From contig CAVOXA010000014.1 in assembly GCA_963700285.1 (NCBI GenBank), forward strand, positions 608,001 through 672,000: a stretch of 64,000 nucleotides of DNA, written 5' to 3'. The notes beneath the pieces are model-generated. The model ran no database searches. It had not been told where the DNA came from and saw only the letters and a list, made by a program, of their open reading frames with translations. The stretch is from an uncultured Chloroflexia bacterium (GTDB lineage Bacteria; Chloroflexota; Anaerolineae; JAAYZQ01). The translations under genes were made by a program, and so were the position numbers. How positions within the stretch are numbered: position 1 is the stretch's first letter; each line of letters begins with the position of its first letter. Of this stretch, positions 1-11,625 are shown piece after piece.

Positions 1-45
1 CGTCGTTGCGAGCGAAGGCGCTTCTGCCGAAGCGAAGCAATCCCA
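1..45. repeat. Partial REP-like palindromic repeat (GTCATTGCGAG...GCAATC type)
   Basis: cgtcgttgcgagcg...gaagcaatcc resembles the element at 8824-8925; it lies at the window edge and its right arm is not evident. Confidence 0.45.
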
Positions 46-87
46 CTCTTACACAGGTGGGGATCGATTTTGCGGGATCTTGCGCCT

Positions 88-116
88 GTGCAAAAAGGGC
101 GTACCTATGCTATAAT
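88..116 (+). promoter_or_regulatory. sigma70-type promoter with extended -10
   Basis: GTGCAA-17 nt-TATAAT with TG at the extended -10 position, 54 nt upstream of the ATG at 171. Confidence 0.55.
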
Positions 117-170
117 GCCGCCGCTTAAGGTACTCGCATCCCAGCAGACAGGAGCGCTCAGCGCAGCACC

Positions 171-986
171 ATGACCCGACCCAGATGGTTCGTCGAACTC
201 GTCAAGATTCCGTTCCGGCAGCGCTTTTTCTTTGCCGGGATGACCAAGCTGCCGGTCGTCGGCAGTCTCGTCGACCGCATGCTCTTCGATGGGGATGACA
301 TTCTCTACCTGCCCATGGACAGAGTCATCGAGATCAACGAGGAGATCGACTGGCCGGAGGAAATGGTACTGCCCTCGCAGGTGGTCGAGCATTTCATCGA
401 GCAGGCCAGCTACCACTGGATCATCGACCATTGCCTGTGCCGCGACGCATCTGACTGCCAGGACTATCCCGTCGAACTGGGCTGCCTCTTCCTGGGCCAG
501 GCCGCGATGGGCATCAACCCCAAGATCGGCCGCCGGGTAACCAGGGAGGAAGCGCGGGATCACGTCCAGCGCTGCCGCGATGCCGGCCTGGTGCACATGG
601 TCGGCCGCAACAAGCTGGACACCGTCTGGCTCGGCGTCGGCCCCGGCAACAAGCTGCTCACCGTCTGCAACTGCTGTCCCTGCTGCTGCGTCTGGCGCAT
701 GCTGCCCAACATCACGCCCCGGATCAGCGCCAAGGTGAACAAGATGCCGGGCGTCAGCGTGGCCGTGACCGGTGACTGCCAGGGCTGCGGGCTGTGCACC
801 CAGGGCGTCTGCTTTGTCGACGCCATCCACTTAAACGACCATCGCGCCGTGATCAGTGAGGCCTGCCGCGGCTGCGGCCGCTGCGTCACGGTCTGTCCCC
901 AACAGGCCATCCAGCTTACCATCGAAGACGAACGGTTCGTCCAGAACGCCATCGACCGCATCGGCCCGCTGGTAGACGTCACCTGA
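171..986 (+). CDS. 4Fe-4S ferredoxin-domain protein
   Basis: CLCR..C, CNCCPCCC and two C-terminal ferredoxin motifs (CQGCGLC..C, CRGCGRCVTVCP); AGGAG upstream. Confidence 0.85.
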   Translation: MTRPRWFVELVKIPFRQRFFFAGMTKLPVVGSLVDRMLFDGDDILYLPMDRVIEINEEIDWPEEMVLPSQVVEHFIEQASYHWIIDHCLCRDASDCQDYPVELGCLFLGQAAMGINPKIGRRVTREEARDHVQRCRDAGLVHMVGRNKLDTVWLGVGPGNKLLTVCNCCPCCCVWRMLPNITPRISAKVNKMPGVSVAVTGDCQGCGLCTQGVCFVDAIHLNDHRAVISEACRGCGRCVTVCPQQAIQLTIEDERFVQNAIDRIGPLVDVT

Positions 987-1006
987 AATAAAAGGAGATG
1001 CGAGTT

Positions 1007-1702
1007 ATGCACAAACCCATCGGCATCATCGGCGGCATGAGCCCCGAGTCCACAGTGGCCTATTATGAGTACATCACCCGCACCTACACCGAGCGCTATG
1101 GCGACTATGGCTACCCCGAGATCCTCATCTACAGCGTCAGCTTTCAGCCCTACGTCGACTGGCCGAGGGCCGATCGATGGGACCTGGTGGCCGCCGGGCT
1201 GAGCGAGGCCGCGCACAAGCTGGAGGCCATGGGCGCCGGCTGCATCCTCATCGCCACCAACACCATGCACATCGTCTTTGACGAGGTGCAGGCCAGCGTG
1301 GACGCGCCCATGATCAGCTTGCTGGACGCCGTTGGGGCAGCCATCCAGGAGCGGGGCCTGAGCAGGGTGGGGCTGCTGGGCACCGAGTTTACGATGGAAA
1401 AACCGTTCTACCGGGACGCCCTGGCGGAGCAGGGCATCGAGGTCCTGGTGCCGGGCGCCGAGGACCGCCGCTTTGTGAACGCGGTCATCTATGACGAGCT
1501 GGTCGCCGGGCAGATCCTGGACGCGTCGCGGGCCGGGTACCTGGCCGTCATCGAGCGGCTGGCCGGGCGCGGCGCTGAGGGCGTCATCCTGGGCTGCACC
1601 GAGATCCCGCTGCTGGTCAGTGAGGCGGATGCCGGGCTGCCGCTCTTTGATACGACGGCGATCCATGCGGAGGCGGCGCTACGCTTTGCGGTGGAGGGGT
1701 AG
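1007..1702 (+). CDS. Aspartate/glutamate racemase family protein (RacX/YgeA-like)
   Basis: IGIIGGMSPEST N-terminus, ATNTMH and LGCTEIP motifs (Thr/Cys catalytic pair as in YgeA); GGAG 9 nt before ATG 1007. Confidence 0.9.
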   Translation: MHKPIGIIGGMSPESTVAYYEYITRTYTERYGDYGYPEILIYSVSFQPYVDWPRADRWDLVAAGLSEAAHKLEAMGAGCILIATNTMHIVFDEVQASVDAPMISLLDAVGAAIQERGLSRVGLLGTEFTMEKPFYRDALAEQGIEVLVPGAEDRRFVNAVIYDELVAGQILDASRAGYLAVIERLAGRGAEGVILGCTEIPLLVSEADAGLPLFDTTAIHAEAALRFAVEG

Positions 1703-1756
1703 GCGGCCCGCCCCAGGCGCATCAGGATATCCCGGCAGAATCCCCGCCCGGCGATC

Positions 1757-1798
1757 AAAGATCAGAGGACAGGTTGCAGGGTCCAGGGCACAGGGTGC
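1757..1798 (-). repeat. 7-bp periodic tract downstream of VR1
   Basis: GCACCCT GTGCCCT GGACCCT GCAACCT GTCCTCT GATCTTT directly after the stop codon. Confidence 0.75.
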
Positions 1799-4033
<2,235 letters not shown>

Positions 4034-4049
4034 GGTGCAGCACCTCCTG

Positions 4050-4281
4050 GTCGGCGGGTGGCCCCGCCCGAACGGTCGCCCGAGTCCCTTCCGGGACGGC
4101 TACTGGCTCAGGCGGGGCCGGTCCTCTTTGGCCGTCCTGACCTCCGGGTCAGGCTGTGATCCTGGGGTCAGGCAGCGACCGGGGCCGCGGTCTGGAGTCC
4201 CCTCAGAAAGGGTGGCGCTGGCCGCTGGTGAGGGATTGCTGGTCACCACCGGCATTCCCCTGGCCATCCTCCCGGCGACTG
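4050..4281 (-). ncRNA. Structured spacer 3' of TR (putative DGR RNA Sp region)
   Basis: Non-coding stretch with hairpins CCTGACC-TCCG-GGTCAGG (4136-4153) and GCCGCTGGTGA/TCACCACCGGC (4221-4253), and a long stem GGCCCCGCC(C/T)GA enclosing GTCCC-TTCC-GGGAC. Confidence 0.55.
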
Positions 4282-4318
4282 CTGGCGACGCGAAACCCGT
4301 TGTTGTTGTTCCTGTTGT
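4282..4318 (-). repeat. DGR template repeat, 3' remnant
   Basis: AC AAC AGG AAC AAC AAC AAC GGG TTT CGC GTC GCC AG, followed by CAGTCGCC (IMH*-like) where both VRs have GGGTCCCC. Confidence 0.9.
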
Positions 4319-4668
4319 GTGGGCGCCCTTGCCCACGCGGCAGGCATAGCTGTCGTGGATCATGCGCGCTTCAAAGATGGGCCAGGTGACCTGCATCAGG
4401 GCGTGATGGACCACCCGGTCGCGGAAGGGCGCGGCAGAAATGCGCCGGGTCTTGGGCTCGCGGATGGTGAAATGGCGATAGGGGCCGGGCTGGTAGGTCT
4501 TTTCTCGCAGCTCCTCGTGCAGCGCCCAGAGGTTCTGCTCCAGGTCCAGCTCAAAGGCGGCCACCGTGGGCCACTTGCGCTTGCCGCCCCGCCGGGCGCG
4601 CCGCCAGGCCAGCCAGAGGTTGTCAAATCGTAGATCTTGGGATAGAGCCCCTTGAATGTCCGGGCCAT
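4319..4668 (-). pseudogene. DGR reverse transcriptase, N-terminal ~115 codons only
   Basis: MARTFKGLYPKIYD..NLWLAWRRARRG..FELDLEQNL..YQPGPYRHFTIREPKTRRISAAPFRDRVVHHAL..DSYACRVGKGAH, then an abrupt switch to TR sequence; one frameshift near 4625; no YxDD. Confidence 0.9.
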
Positions 4669-4704
4669 GCGCTCTCTACCTCAAAAACCGCCAATTCCGA
4701 TCGC

Positions 4705-4724
4705 CTGGGGGGCACGCCCCCCAG
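4705..4724. other. GC-rich perfect inverted repeat downstream of VR2 (candidate DGR homing hairpin/cruciform)
   Basis: CTGGGGGGC-AC-GCCCCCCAG, about 65 nt past the target1 stop. Confidence 0.55.
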
Positions 4725-4740
4725 ACCCCCCAGCAGGGCC

Positions 4741-4789
4741 AGGATTCAAAGGACAGGGTACAGAGCGCAGGATACAGGAGACAGGGTGC
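4741..4789 (-). repeat. 7-bp periodic tract downstream of VR2
   Basis: GCACCCT GTCTCCT GTATCCT GCGCTCT GTACCCT GTCCTTT GAATCCT. Confidence 0.75.
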
Positions 4790-4913
4790 CTATCCGAGGG
4801 GACCCCTGGCGACGCGAAACCCGCCGTTGTCGATCCTGACGTCCGGGTCGTCGCTGAAACGGAACGCGCACCGCACGGAGGAGGCGTCACTGTACCAGGC
4901 ACCGCCGCGCAGG
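4790..4913 (-). repeat. DGR variable repeat VR2 and IMH
   Basis: GTC AGG ATC GAC AAC GGC GGG TTT CGC GTC GCC AG versus TR: 6 mismatches, all at TR adenines; encodes RGGAWYSDASSVRCAFRFSDDPDVRIDNGGFRVARGPLG*. Confidence 0.92.
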
Positions 4914-7900
4914 ACCTTGTACCGTCCCGATCCTGCTCCTCGCGGATCCCGGGCAACGGCATCAGCCGGCGACGGTAGGTATCCTCCGCATACCAATCGC
5001 GGCACCACTCCCAGACGTTGCCGGCCAGGTCCAGCAGCCCCTCGGCGCTGGCGCCGTCGGGAAAGATGCCCACCGGCGTGGTGCCGCTCCAGGCCCAGCT
5101 CCTCGCGTGTTGGCCCTGCCCGCCTGCCACTCGTCGCCCCAGGGGTAGCGGCGGCCCTCCGGCCCCCTGGCGGCCCGCTCCCACTCGGCCTCGGTGGGCA
5201 GGCGGTAGGTCGTGGCCGTCGTCCAGCGCCGCCGTCAGCCAGCGGCAGTAGGCGACGGCCTCGTACCAGGTGACGCCCACCACCGGCTGGTTGGGGCCGT
5301 TGAACCGGTCGTCGTCCCAGTAGGCCGGCCGGTCGCGTACGTCCCCGACCAAGTCCTTGACCGTGCCCTCAGGCAGCCAGACGCCGGCCGCCCTGGCCTC
5401 GGCCCACCAGCGCTCGTCGGCATAGCCGCCGGCCTCCACGAAACAGCGCGAACATGGCGTTGGTCGTCGGGTAGCGGGCCAGGGCAAAGGCGTCCAGCTC
5501 CACCTGGTGCCGCGGCAGCTCGTCTTGTACCAGTCCTTCTCGTCTCGCGCACCAGCCGCTCCACCTCTGCCTCGTCGCTGCCCATCCAGAAGCGGCCGCC
5601 GGGGATGGCGATGAACTCGGGCAGGCACAGTCGGGCCCGTGAAGCGGGGGTCGCCCAGGCGGCCCAGCACGTCGCCGGCCTCGACCCGGGCCGCCACCGA
5701 CGTCGCCGGCGGGTTCCGCCACAGCACCTCGACCAGGCGGCGGGCCAGCTCGTCGCGGGCGCCGGCGTGCCAGCCCACGCGGCGGGGCGGGATCTCGAGC
5801 AGGGCGCGCCCGGCCCAGGCCAGGCCGTAGGCCCGCGGCATCGCCCTCCCCGGGCAGGTCGCCCAGCTCGTCCAGCAGGAAACGCCGCGCCTGCTGCGGC
5901 CACTGCAGCAGGTAGCCGGCGACCAGCAGCAGCACCTCGCGCCACCAGCTCTGGCCCGGCGTGGGCCTGCAGAAATGCGCCCCACTCGGCCGCTGCCGCG
6001 CAGGTTGTCCACCAGGTAGTTGGCGGCCAGGAACTCCTGCACCGTCAGGTGGTCGCCAAAGCTGTAGCCCTCCTCGTGGGCATAGAGCAGGCCGCTGCGC
6101 TCGGCCATCAGCGCCGACAAAGTCGGCCGCCTCGCGCTCGGCGCCTGGCGCTCCTCCAGCCCCAGGTAGTCGGCCATAAAGGGGGCCAGGATGCGCCGCA
6201 CCAGGTCGCGCTCGTCGACCACGACCAGGCCCTGGCGCGCGGCCGCCGTTCCGCTCGCTGCCGCGGCCCCCTGGTGGACCTGGTAGGCGGCGTAGGTCAG
6301 AGGTAGAGGCGGCGGTCCTCCGGCGGGCCAGCGGTCGCTCGCGCAGGCGCTGGGCCGCCTCGGCGCTCTCCTCCTCGTGCAGCCGCTCGCCCAGCAGCAC
6401 GTCCACGTAGGCGTTGTACAGCTCGGCGCGCTGCTCGGGCAGCTCGCGGTCGGCATAGTGGATCAGGGTCGCCGTCCAGACCATCAGCGGCGTCTTGACC
6501 ATCTCTTGCAGCAGCGGCGCGGCGTCGATGCGCGCCAGCAGCAGGCGGGCCGCGCTCGGCGGCCAGCGCCGGGATCCGCCTCCAGCCCGGCGTAGAGGCG
6601 CTTCGACCATCGGCGCCCACTGCTCGCGGGTCAGGTCGCGCACGGTGGCCAGGTGAAAGCGCTCGTCGAGGCGGGTGTTGGCGCCGGCGTAGGCCGCCAC
6701 GCGCGCCGTGACCAGCAGCCGGTTGCCCGGAAAGGCGTCGGCCAGGCCCTCGATGACCTGGCGCATGGCGATGCGGTGGTCGAAGTCGGCCACCTCGTCC
6801 AGGGCGTCCAGCAGCAGCCAGGCCCGTCCCGCGCGCACCAGGCCGCTCGAGAAAGCCGGGCGGCACGCAGTCGCGGGTGCCAGCGCTCAAAGTGGTCGTC
6901 CAGGAAGCGCAGCAGGCCCTCCACGTCGCGGCGGTAGGTCTCCGGCTCGGTCTGGCAGGCGTGCTCGAAGTCGCGCAGGGCGACGATAGACGGGCAGGGG
7001 CAGTCGCCCGGCCCGCTCTCCAGGCCCAGCTCGCGCGCGGGCCAGTCCGGGTCCCGCCTCGGCCAGCACGCTGGCCACCAGGCGCAGCACGGTGCGTCTT
7101 GCCGCAGCCGGCCGCGCCGATCAGGACCAGGTGGCCCGGCGCGGCCAGCACCTCGGCCAGGTCGATGTCGGTGCGGGACAGGTCGCGCTCCACGGCCCCG
7201 AGCTCCGTCTCCTTGCCCCGCAGGCGGCTTTCCAGGTCGGCCCGGCTGAGGTGCAGGTCGAAGCGCAGCGGCACGTAGATGCCGGGCCGGCCCTCGTCCT
7301 CCAGCAGGGAAAAGCCCGGCGGCGCGCCGCGCAGCTCGGAGAGCTGGCGGTAGGGGCGGGTCTCCAGCCGCCCGCACTGGCCGCGCACCACCTCCAGGTA
7401 GGCGGCGACCAGGTCGGGATCCGGCCGGAAAGGGATATCGTCGGCCCCTGTGTCGAGATCAGGCTCAAGCGGGAGCCCGGCCGGAGGTGCCTCGGCCAGA
7501 ATCATGTCGCCCAGTCCCTCCGTGCGGGCCGTGGGTTCCTGAATCAGCCCCCCATGTTCCACGTTCCAGCGACGCAGGCCATCCAGCACGTGGAGCTTGA
7601 GGTCGTCCACGGTGACAAAACCCTTGCCATCACGGTCGGCCGAGCCGCTGAACCCGTCCAGGAGATAGTAGGTAAAGACGCCGTGCTCTTTTTCCTCCCA
7701 CTCCTGGGCAACCTGCTGGGAGGAACTGGCCGCAAGCAGGGCAAAGCCTTCGGCCAATTCGTAGGCGTTGCGGATGAACGCGGGATCGGCCAGGTCCCGG
7801 CCGATCTCAACGCCCGTGTGACAGGCATCGAAGGTGAGCACCAGCCGGCGCGACTTGCTCTGGCGCATTTGCCGCTCAACCCACGACAGCGGCAGGGCCT

Positions 7901-8582
7901 TCTCGGCCAGGGTTGACCTGCGCGTCTCGCGCGTAATCAGTACCGGTACCCCATTCACTGTTTTGCCGTGACAGGAAAAGTGGACCCACAGGAGATCGTC
8001 CGGCCCGGCAACCTGGCAGAGCCGGGCCAGCTCACCCTCCACATTGTCGCGGGTGGGCTGCAGGTGTTCCTCGGCCGCGGCGTCGTGCAGGGCAACGGTG
8101 GTGTAGCCCCGGGCCTGGAGCGCAGCCTCCATGGCCACGACGTCGTTGACACAGAACCGGAGATCAGGAATGGCAGGATCGATGAAATGGTTCACGCCCA
8201 CCAAAAGCGCCCAGCGGGCGCGGATGGGCCCGGCCGGAGTATCAGGCTTTGGCCAAGGAACAGGAGACAGCCGCCGGCCGCCAGGCGGATTTTGCTCCTC
8301 CTGCCCGGTACGGCTGTACAGCGCTGGCTCGAAGCGGGCGTACTGGAGGGGGTTCGCCTCCTTGACATCGGCAAGGAGATCGTCCCAAAGGAGCCGGGTA
8401 CGGCAGTAGTCTATGACCTCGTCGACCATGTCGTCCAGGCCGTGGCCAGGGCCGAATCTAACTACAATGGGTTGGAAGAGTAGACGGTCCTGACAAAACC
8501 GGCGCAGGTCCTGAGGGGTAAAGGCCGCTAGCAATAGCTCTCGGATGGCGCCAACATTGTAGGATGCAGTCTGGTCAGTCAT
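4790..8582 (-). pseudogene. DGR target 1: EAD-like N-terminus + caspase-like C14 peptidase + STAND/NACHT NTPase + FGE-sulfatase/CLec (frameshifted below ~7100)
   Basis: Helical N-terminal AIRELLLAAF..DLRRFC..IDYC..NPLQY; HFSCHG/DACH His-Cys dyad; GAAGCGKT Walker A; LLLDALDEV Walker B; HLTVQEFLAA; [26 protein letters not shown]2; GGAGG before ATG 8582. Confidence 0.85.
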
Positions 8583-8738
8583 GGGGCCTCCCACATGCTA
8601 TGACTTTGCGGAGACGATGGGTCTCAACAGCGCCCAGGCTATCGAGTAGAATCGGAATACCACGGGCACCATCGCCACCCCGGTCGTGCCTCTGGCCGGC
8701 GAGAGCCGCGAGGTTTCTCTTTTCGTCAGGCACCCGGA

Positions 8739-8767
8739 ATTATATCATCGCTGATGGGAAAAAGCAA
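8739..8767 (-). promoter_or_regulatory. sigma70 promoter of the DGR transcription unit
   Basis: TTGCTT-17 nt-TATAAT on the minus strand with TG extended -10. Confidence 0.7.
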
Positions 8768-8823
8768 GCATCGTGTTGCAAGCCCGTTGGCAGGGGAAGG
8801 AGCGTAGGACTGCTGCAAGGTCA

Positions 8824-8925
8824 TCATCGCGAGCGTCAGCGCCTGTCCCGAGCCTGCCGAGGGAAAGCGATCTCTACCTGTGCCCTGGGGATTGCCACGG
8901 CGCAAACAGCGCGCCTCGCAATGAC
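8824..8925. repeat. REP-like nested palindromic element
   Basis: TCATCGCGAG...CTCGCAATGA outer arms, GCGATCTC/GGGATTGC inner arms, embedded CCTGTCCCGAGCCTGCCGAGGGA. Confidence 0.6.
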
Positions 8926-9009
8926 AGATCTGGCCGGCAGTGCATGTCGAGGGACAATGCAATAGCCCTGGGTGAACCCGAGAGCAGGGGAAGGAGCATG
9001 GTTCCGCCC

Positions 9010-9038
9010 TTGCTTGCAGCGCGCTACTATGCTATACT
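9010..9038 (+). promoter_or_regulatory. sigma70 promoter of the glycyl radical enzyme operon
   Basis: TTGCTT-17 nt-TATACT with TG extended -10. Confidence 0.7.
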
Positions 9039-9111
9039 TACCTTCCTGGAATCGGCCAGCTTTGGGCAAGCTGGGAGTTTCCAGGAAGGTGTCAGTAGAG
9101 GAGGCTCAAAG

Positions 9112-11520
9112 ATGACCCAAACCACATCCCAGGCGCCGGAGGCTACAGCCCTTTGGTCCCCGGCCAGCAACCTCTCCCCCCGCGTCCAGCGGCTGCGAGA
9201 CCAGTACTGGGACTTTTACGAACGCGATTACACCAACGAGGTACGCGCCTACACCACCGGCACCTCCTGGGACCAGGTCTATGTCCCCTGGAACTGGACC
9301 AACGTCTCCGAGATGATGATCTTTTTCGCGGGAGCCAAGGCATACCTGCTGGCCGGCGCCAGCCCGATTTCGCTGCCGCCCGGCTTCTGGGACCTGCCGC
9401 TGGTGGTACGGCGGGCCGTCTTTTTCAAGCGCGTCGTGGAGGAGTACCTGCCGGTGCAGATCCTCGAGGGCGAGCTGGTTGTAGGCTCCCACTTTTCCAC
9501 CGCGCTCTCCCGCTCGCTGACCCGATCCGAGGCGCGCCAGTTCGCCAAGATGGAGAAGCGTTTCATAAAAGATGTCCAGCGGCTGGACAGGCTGGGCATC
9601 GGCAACTGCGGCGCCGTGCCCGGCCACCTGATCCCCGACTATGCCCGGGTGCTGCGGGAGGGTTGGCGGGCCATCAAGGCTGAGGCCGACGCCGCGGCCG
9701 GCGACCCGGGAGCAACAACCCAACGGCGGGAGCTGGCCCGGGCCATCTCTATCTGCGCCGATGGCGTGCGCGCCCTGGCCGAACGCTACGCCAGCCAAGC
9801 CGAGGCCTCGGCCAGGAACGAGGCTGACCCGCTCCGCCGGGCCGAGCTGGCCGAGACAGCGCGCATCTGCCGCAAGGTACCCTGGGAGCCCGCCGAGACC
9901 TTTCCCGAAGCCCTGCAAGCCCTGTGGTTGACTCACATGCTGGTCATGGTGGCCGAAGGCTACCCCGGTCCCGGCGTTTCCCCGGGCCGCATCGACCAGT
10001 ACCTCTACCCAACCTTCCGCGCCGGCCTGGACTCGGGCGAACTCACGCGGGAGCAGGCCAGAGAGTGGCTCCAGTGCCTGTGGATCAAGCACAACTATGC
10101 CTACGACTATCAGGGTTGGGTGGGCACCAACCAGGGGATCAACGCCTCTTTTGGCCAGCTCGTGACCTTGGGCGGCATCGATGAGCAGGGCGAGGACGCC
10201 AGCAACGAGTTGACCTTCCTGCTCCTGGAGGTCATCCAGGAGATGAACCTGTTGGAACCCAAGCCCAACGTGCGCCTCCACCAGAATACACCCGCGCCGC
10301 TTCTGGACCGGGTAGTGGACATGGTTGCCCAGGCCCAGGGCAGCCCATTCCTGCTCAACTTTGACGAAAAGTCAATGGCCGGGCTGCGCTGGCAGGGCCT
10401 GCCCGAGGCGGAGCTGTGGGACTATGCGCCCGTCGGCTGCCTGGAGAACACGCTGCAGGGCAACGACCGCTCGGGCACGGTCGACGTCAACCTGAACCTG
10501 GCCAAGGCCGTGGAACTGGCCCTGCACGATGGCCGGGACGCAGCCACCGGCGAGCAGGTTGGCCCGCGCACGGGCGATCCACGGACCTTTGCTACCTTTG
10601 AGCAGTTCCTCGCCGCGCTCAAGGCTCAACTGAGCGCCAGCATGGAGCTGCTGATCGCGGCCAACAATATCGCCGATAGGGGCCGGGCTCGATTCGAACC
10701 CACACCCTACCTGAGCGCGCTGGTAGACGGCTGCCTGGAGAACGGCCTGGACATCACCGCCGGCGGCGCCCGCCACAACTATCTGACCGTCGAAGGGGTG
10801 GCCCTGGCCACCACGGCCGACAGCGCCGCGGCCATCAAAAAGCTGGTCTTTGACGATGGGGCTGTGACCATGGACGAGCTGGTGCGCGCCCTGGACGCCA
10901 ACTTTGAGGGGCATGAAGCGCTGCGCCAGATGCTGCGCTACAAAGCACCCAAGTTTGGCAACGACGATGGCGATACCGACGCGCTGGCCTGCGACATCAG
11001 CCGCCTCTGGACGACAGAGGCGTTTGAGCACGTTGCGCCCGAGACCGGCAAGCGCTACCGGGGCGGCTATCTGTCCTGGAACTACTGGGTGGCCTACGCG
11101 CCCAAAACCGCGGCCACCCCGGACGGCCGCCTGCGCGGCCAGTTTTTGAGCAACGGCGTCTGTCCCGTGAACGGCGCTGACCGGCTGGGGCCCACGGCCG
11201 TGGTCAAGAGCGTGGGGCACCTGGGGCTGGAGACCGCGCCCAACGGCGGGTCGCACACCATGAGCTTCTCACCCAGCCTGCTACAGAGCCCGGAGAACCG
11301 GGGCAAGCTGGCGGCGCTGCTGCGGGCCTATGCCCACGTCGGCGGCACCTGCTTGCAGATCAACGTCGTCGACCCCGGCACCCTGCGGGCCGCGCAGCAA
11401 GATCCAGACGCCTATCGCAACCTGTTGGTGCGGATCACGGGCTATAACGCCTATTTTACGATGCTGGGCAAAGAGATCCAGGACGAGATCATTGCTCGCG
11501 AGAGCCACGGGCTGGGCTAA
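9112..11520 (+). CDS. Glycyl radical enzyme (PFL-like family, substrate unknown)
   Basis: GRIDQYLYP, VGCLE Cys loop, ATPDGR, C-terminal LLVRITGYNAYF glycyl radical motif; GAGGAGG before ATG 9112. Confidence 0.92.
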   Translation: MTQTTSQAPEATALWSPASNLSPRVQRLRDQYWDFYERDYTNEVRAYTTGTSWDQVYVPWNWTNVSEMMIFFAGAKAYLLAGASPISLPPGFWDLPLVVRRAVFFKRVVEEYLPVQILEGELVVGSHFSTALSRSLTRSEARQFAKMEKRFIKDVQRLDRLGIGNCGAVPGHLIPDYARVLREGWRAIKAEADAAAGDPGATTQRRELARAISICADGVRALAERYASQAEASARNEADPLRRAELAETARICRKVPWEPAETFPEALQALWLTHMLVMVAEGYPGPGVSPGRIDQYLYPTFRAGLDSGELTREQAREWLQCLWIKHNYAYDYQGWVGTNQGINASFGQLVTLGGIDEQGEDASNELTFLLLEVIQEMNLLEPKPNVRLHQNTPAPLLDRVVDMVAQAQGSPFLLNFDEKSMAGLRWQGLPEAELWDYAPVGCLENTLQGNDRSGTVDVNLNLAKAVELALHDGRDAATGEQVGPRTGDPRTFATFEQFLAALKAQLSASMELLIAANNIADRGRARFEPTPYLSALVDGCLENGLDITAGGARHNYLTVEGVALATTADSAAAIKKLVFDDGAVTMDELVRALDANFEGHEALRQMLRYKAPKFGNDDGDTDALACDISRLWTTEAFEHVAPETGKRYRGGYLSWNYWVAYAPKTAATPDGRLRGQFLSNGVCPVNGADRLGPTAVVKSVGHLGLETAPNGGSHTMSFSPSLLQSPENRGKLAALLRAYAHVGGTCLQINVVDPGTLRAAQQDPDAYRNLLVRITGYNAYFTMLGKEIQDEIIARESHGLG

Positions 11521-11616
11521 ACCTCCCGCAGGCTTCACGCGGGAGGCAAGGTGGACGCGTCCAACGATCTTGATGGGCGTCGGGGGCCAGACTCGGCAGC
11601 AAGCCTGCGGGAGGTT
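11520..11616. repeat. 16-bp perfect inverted repeat with an alternative short hairpin
   Basis: AACCTCCCGCAGGCTT (11520-11535) / AAGCCTGCGGGAGGTT (11601-11616); CCTCCCGC can instead pair with GCGGGAGG (11539-11546). Confidence 0.65.
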
Positions 11617-11625
11617 GGGCTGGAG

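Noticed and set aside
4100-4668. RT as a group II intron or retron
   Set aside because: It is adjacent to an AAC-rich TR and two adenine-variant VRs, which fits a DGR; no intron domain V/VI or msr-msd was seen
4034-4790. avd accessory gene
   Set aside because: No ORF of suitable size or character; presumably lost with the RT 3' half
8773-9111. 113-codon N-terminal extension of the GRE
   Set aside because: It overlaps a REP-like repeat and the promoter; a strong RBS precedes ATG 9112
9112-11520. Naming the GRE pflB, cutC or hpdB
   Set aside because: No CC pair, no GCVE motif, and no microcompartment or small-subunit genes; evidence is insufficient for a symbol
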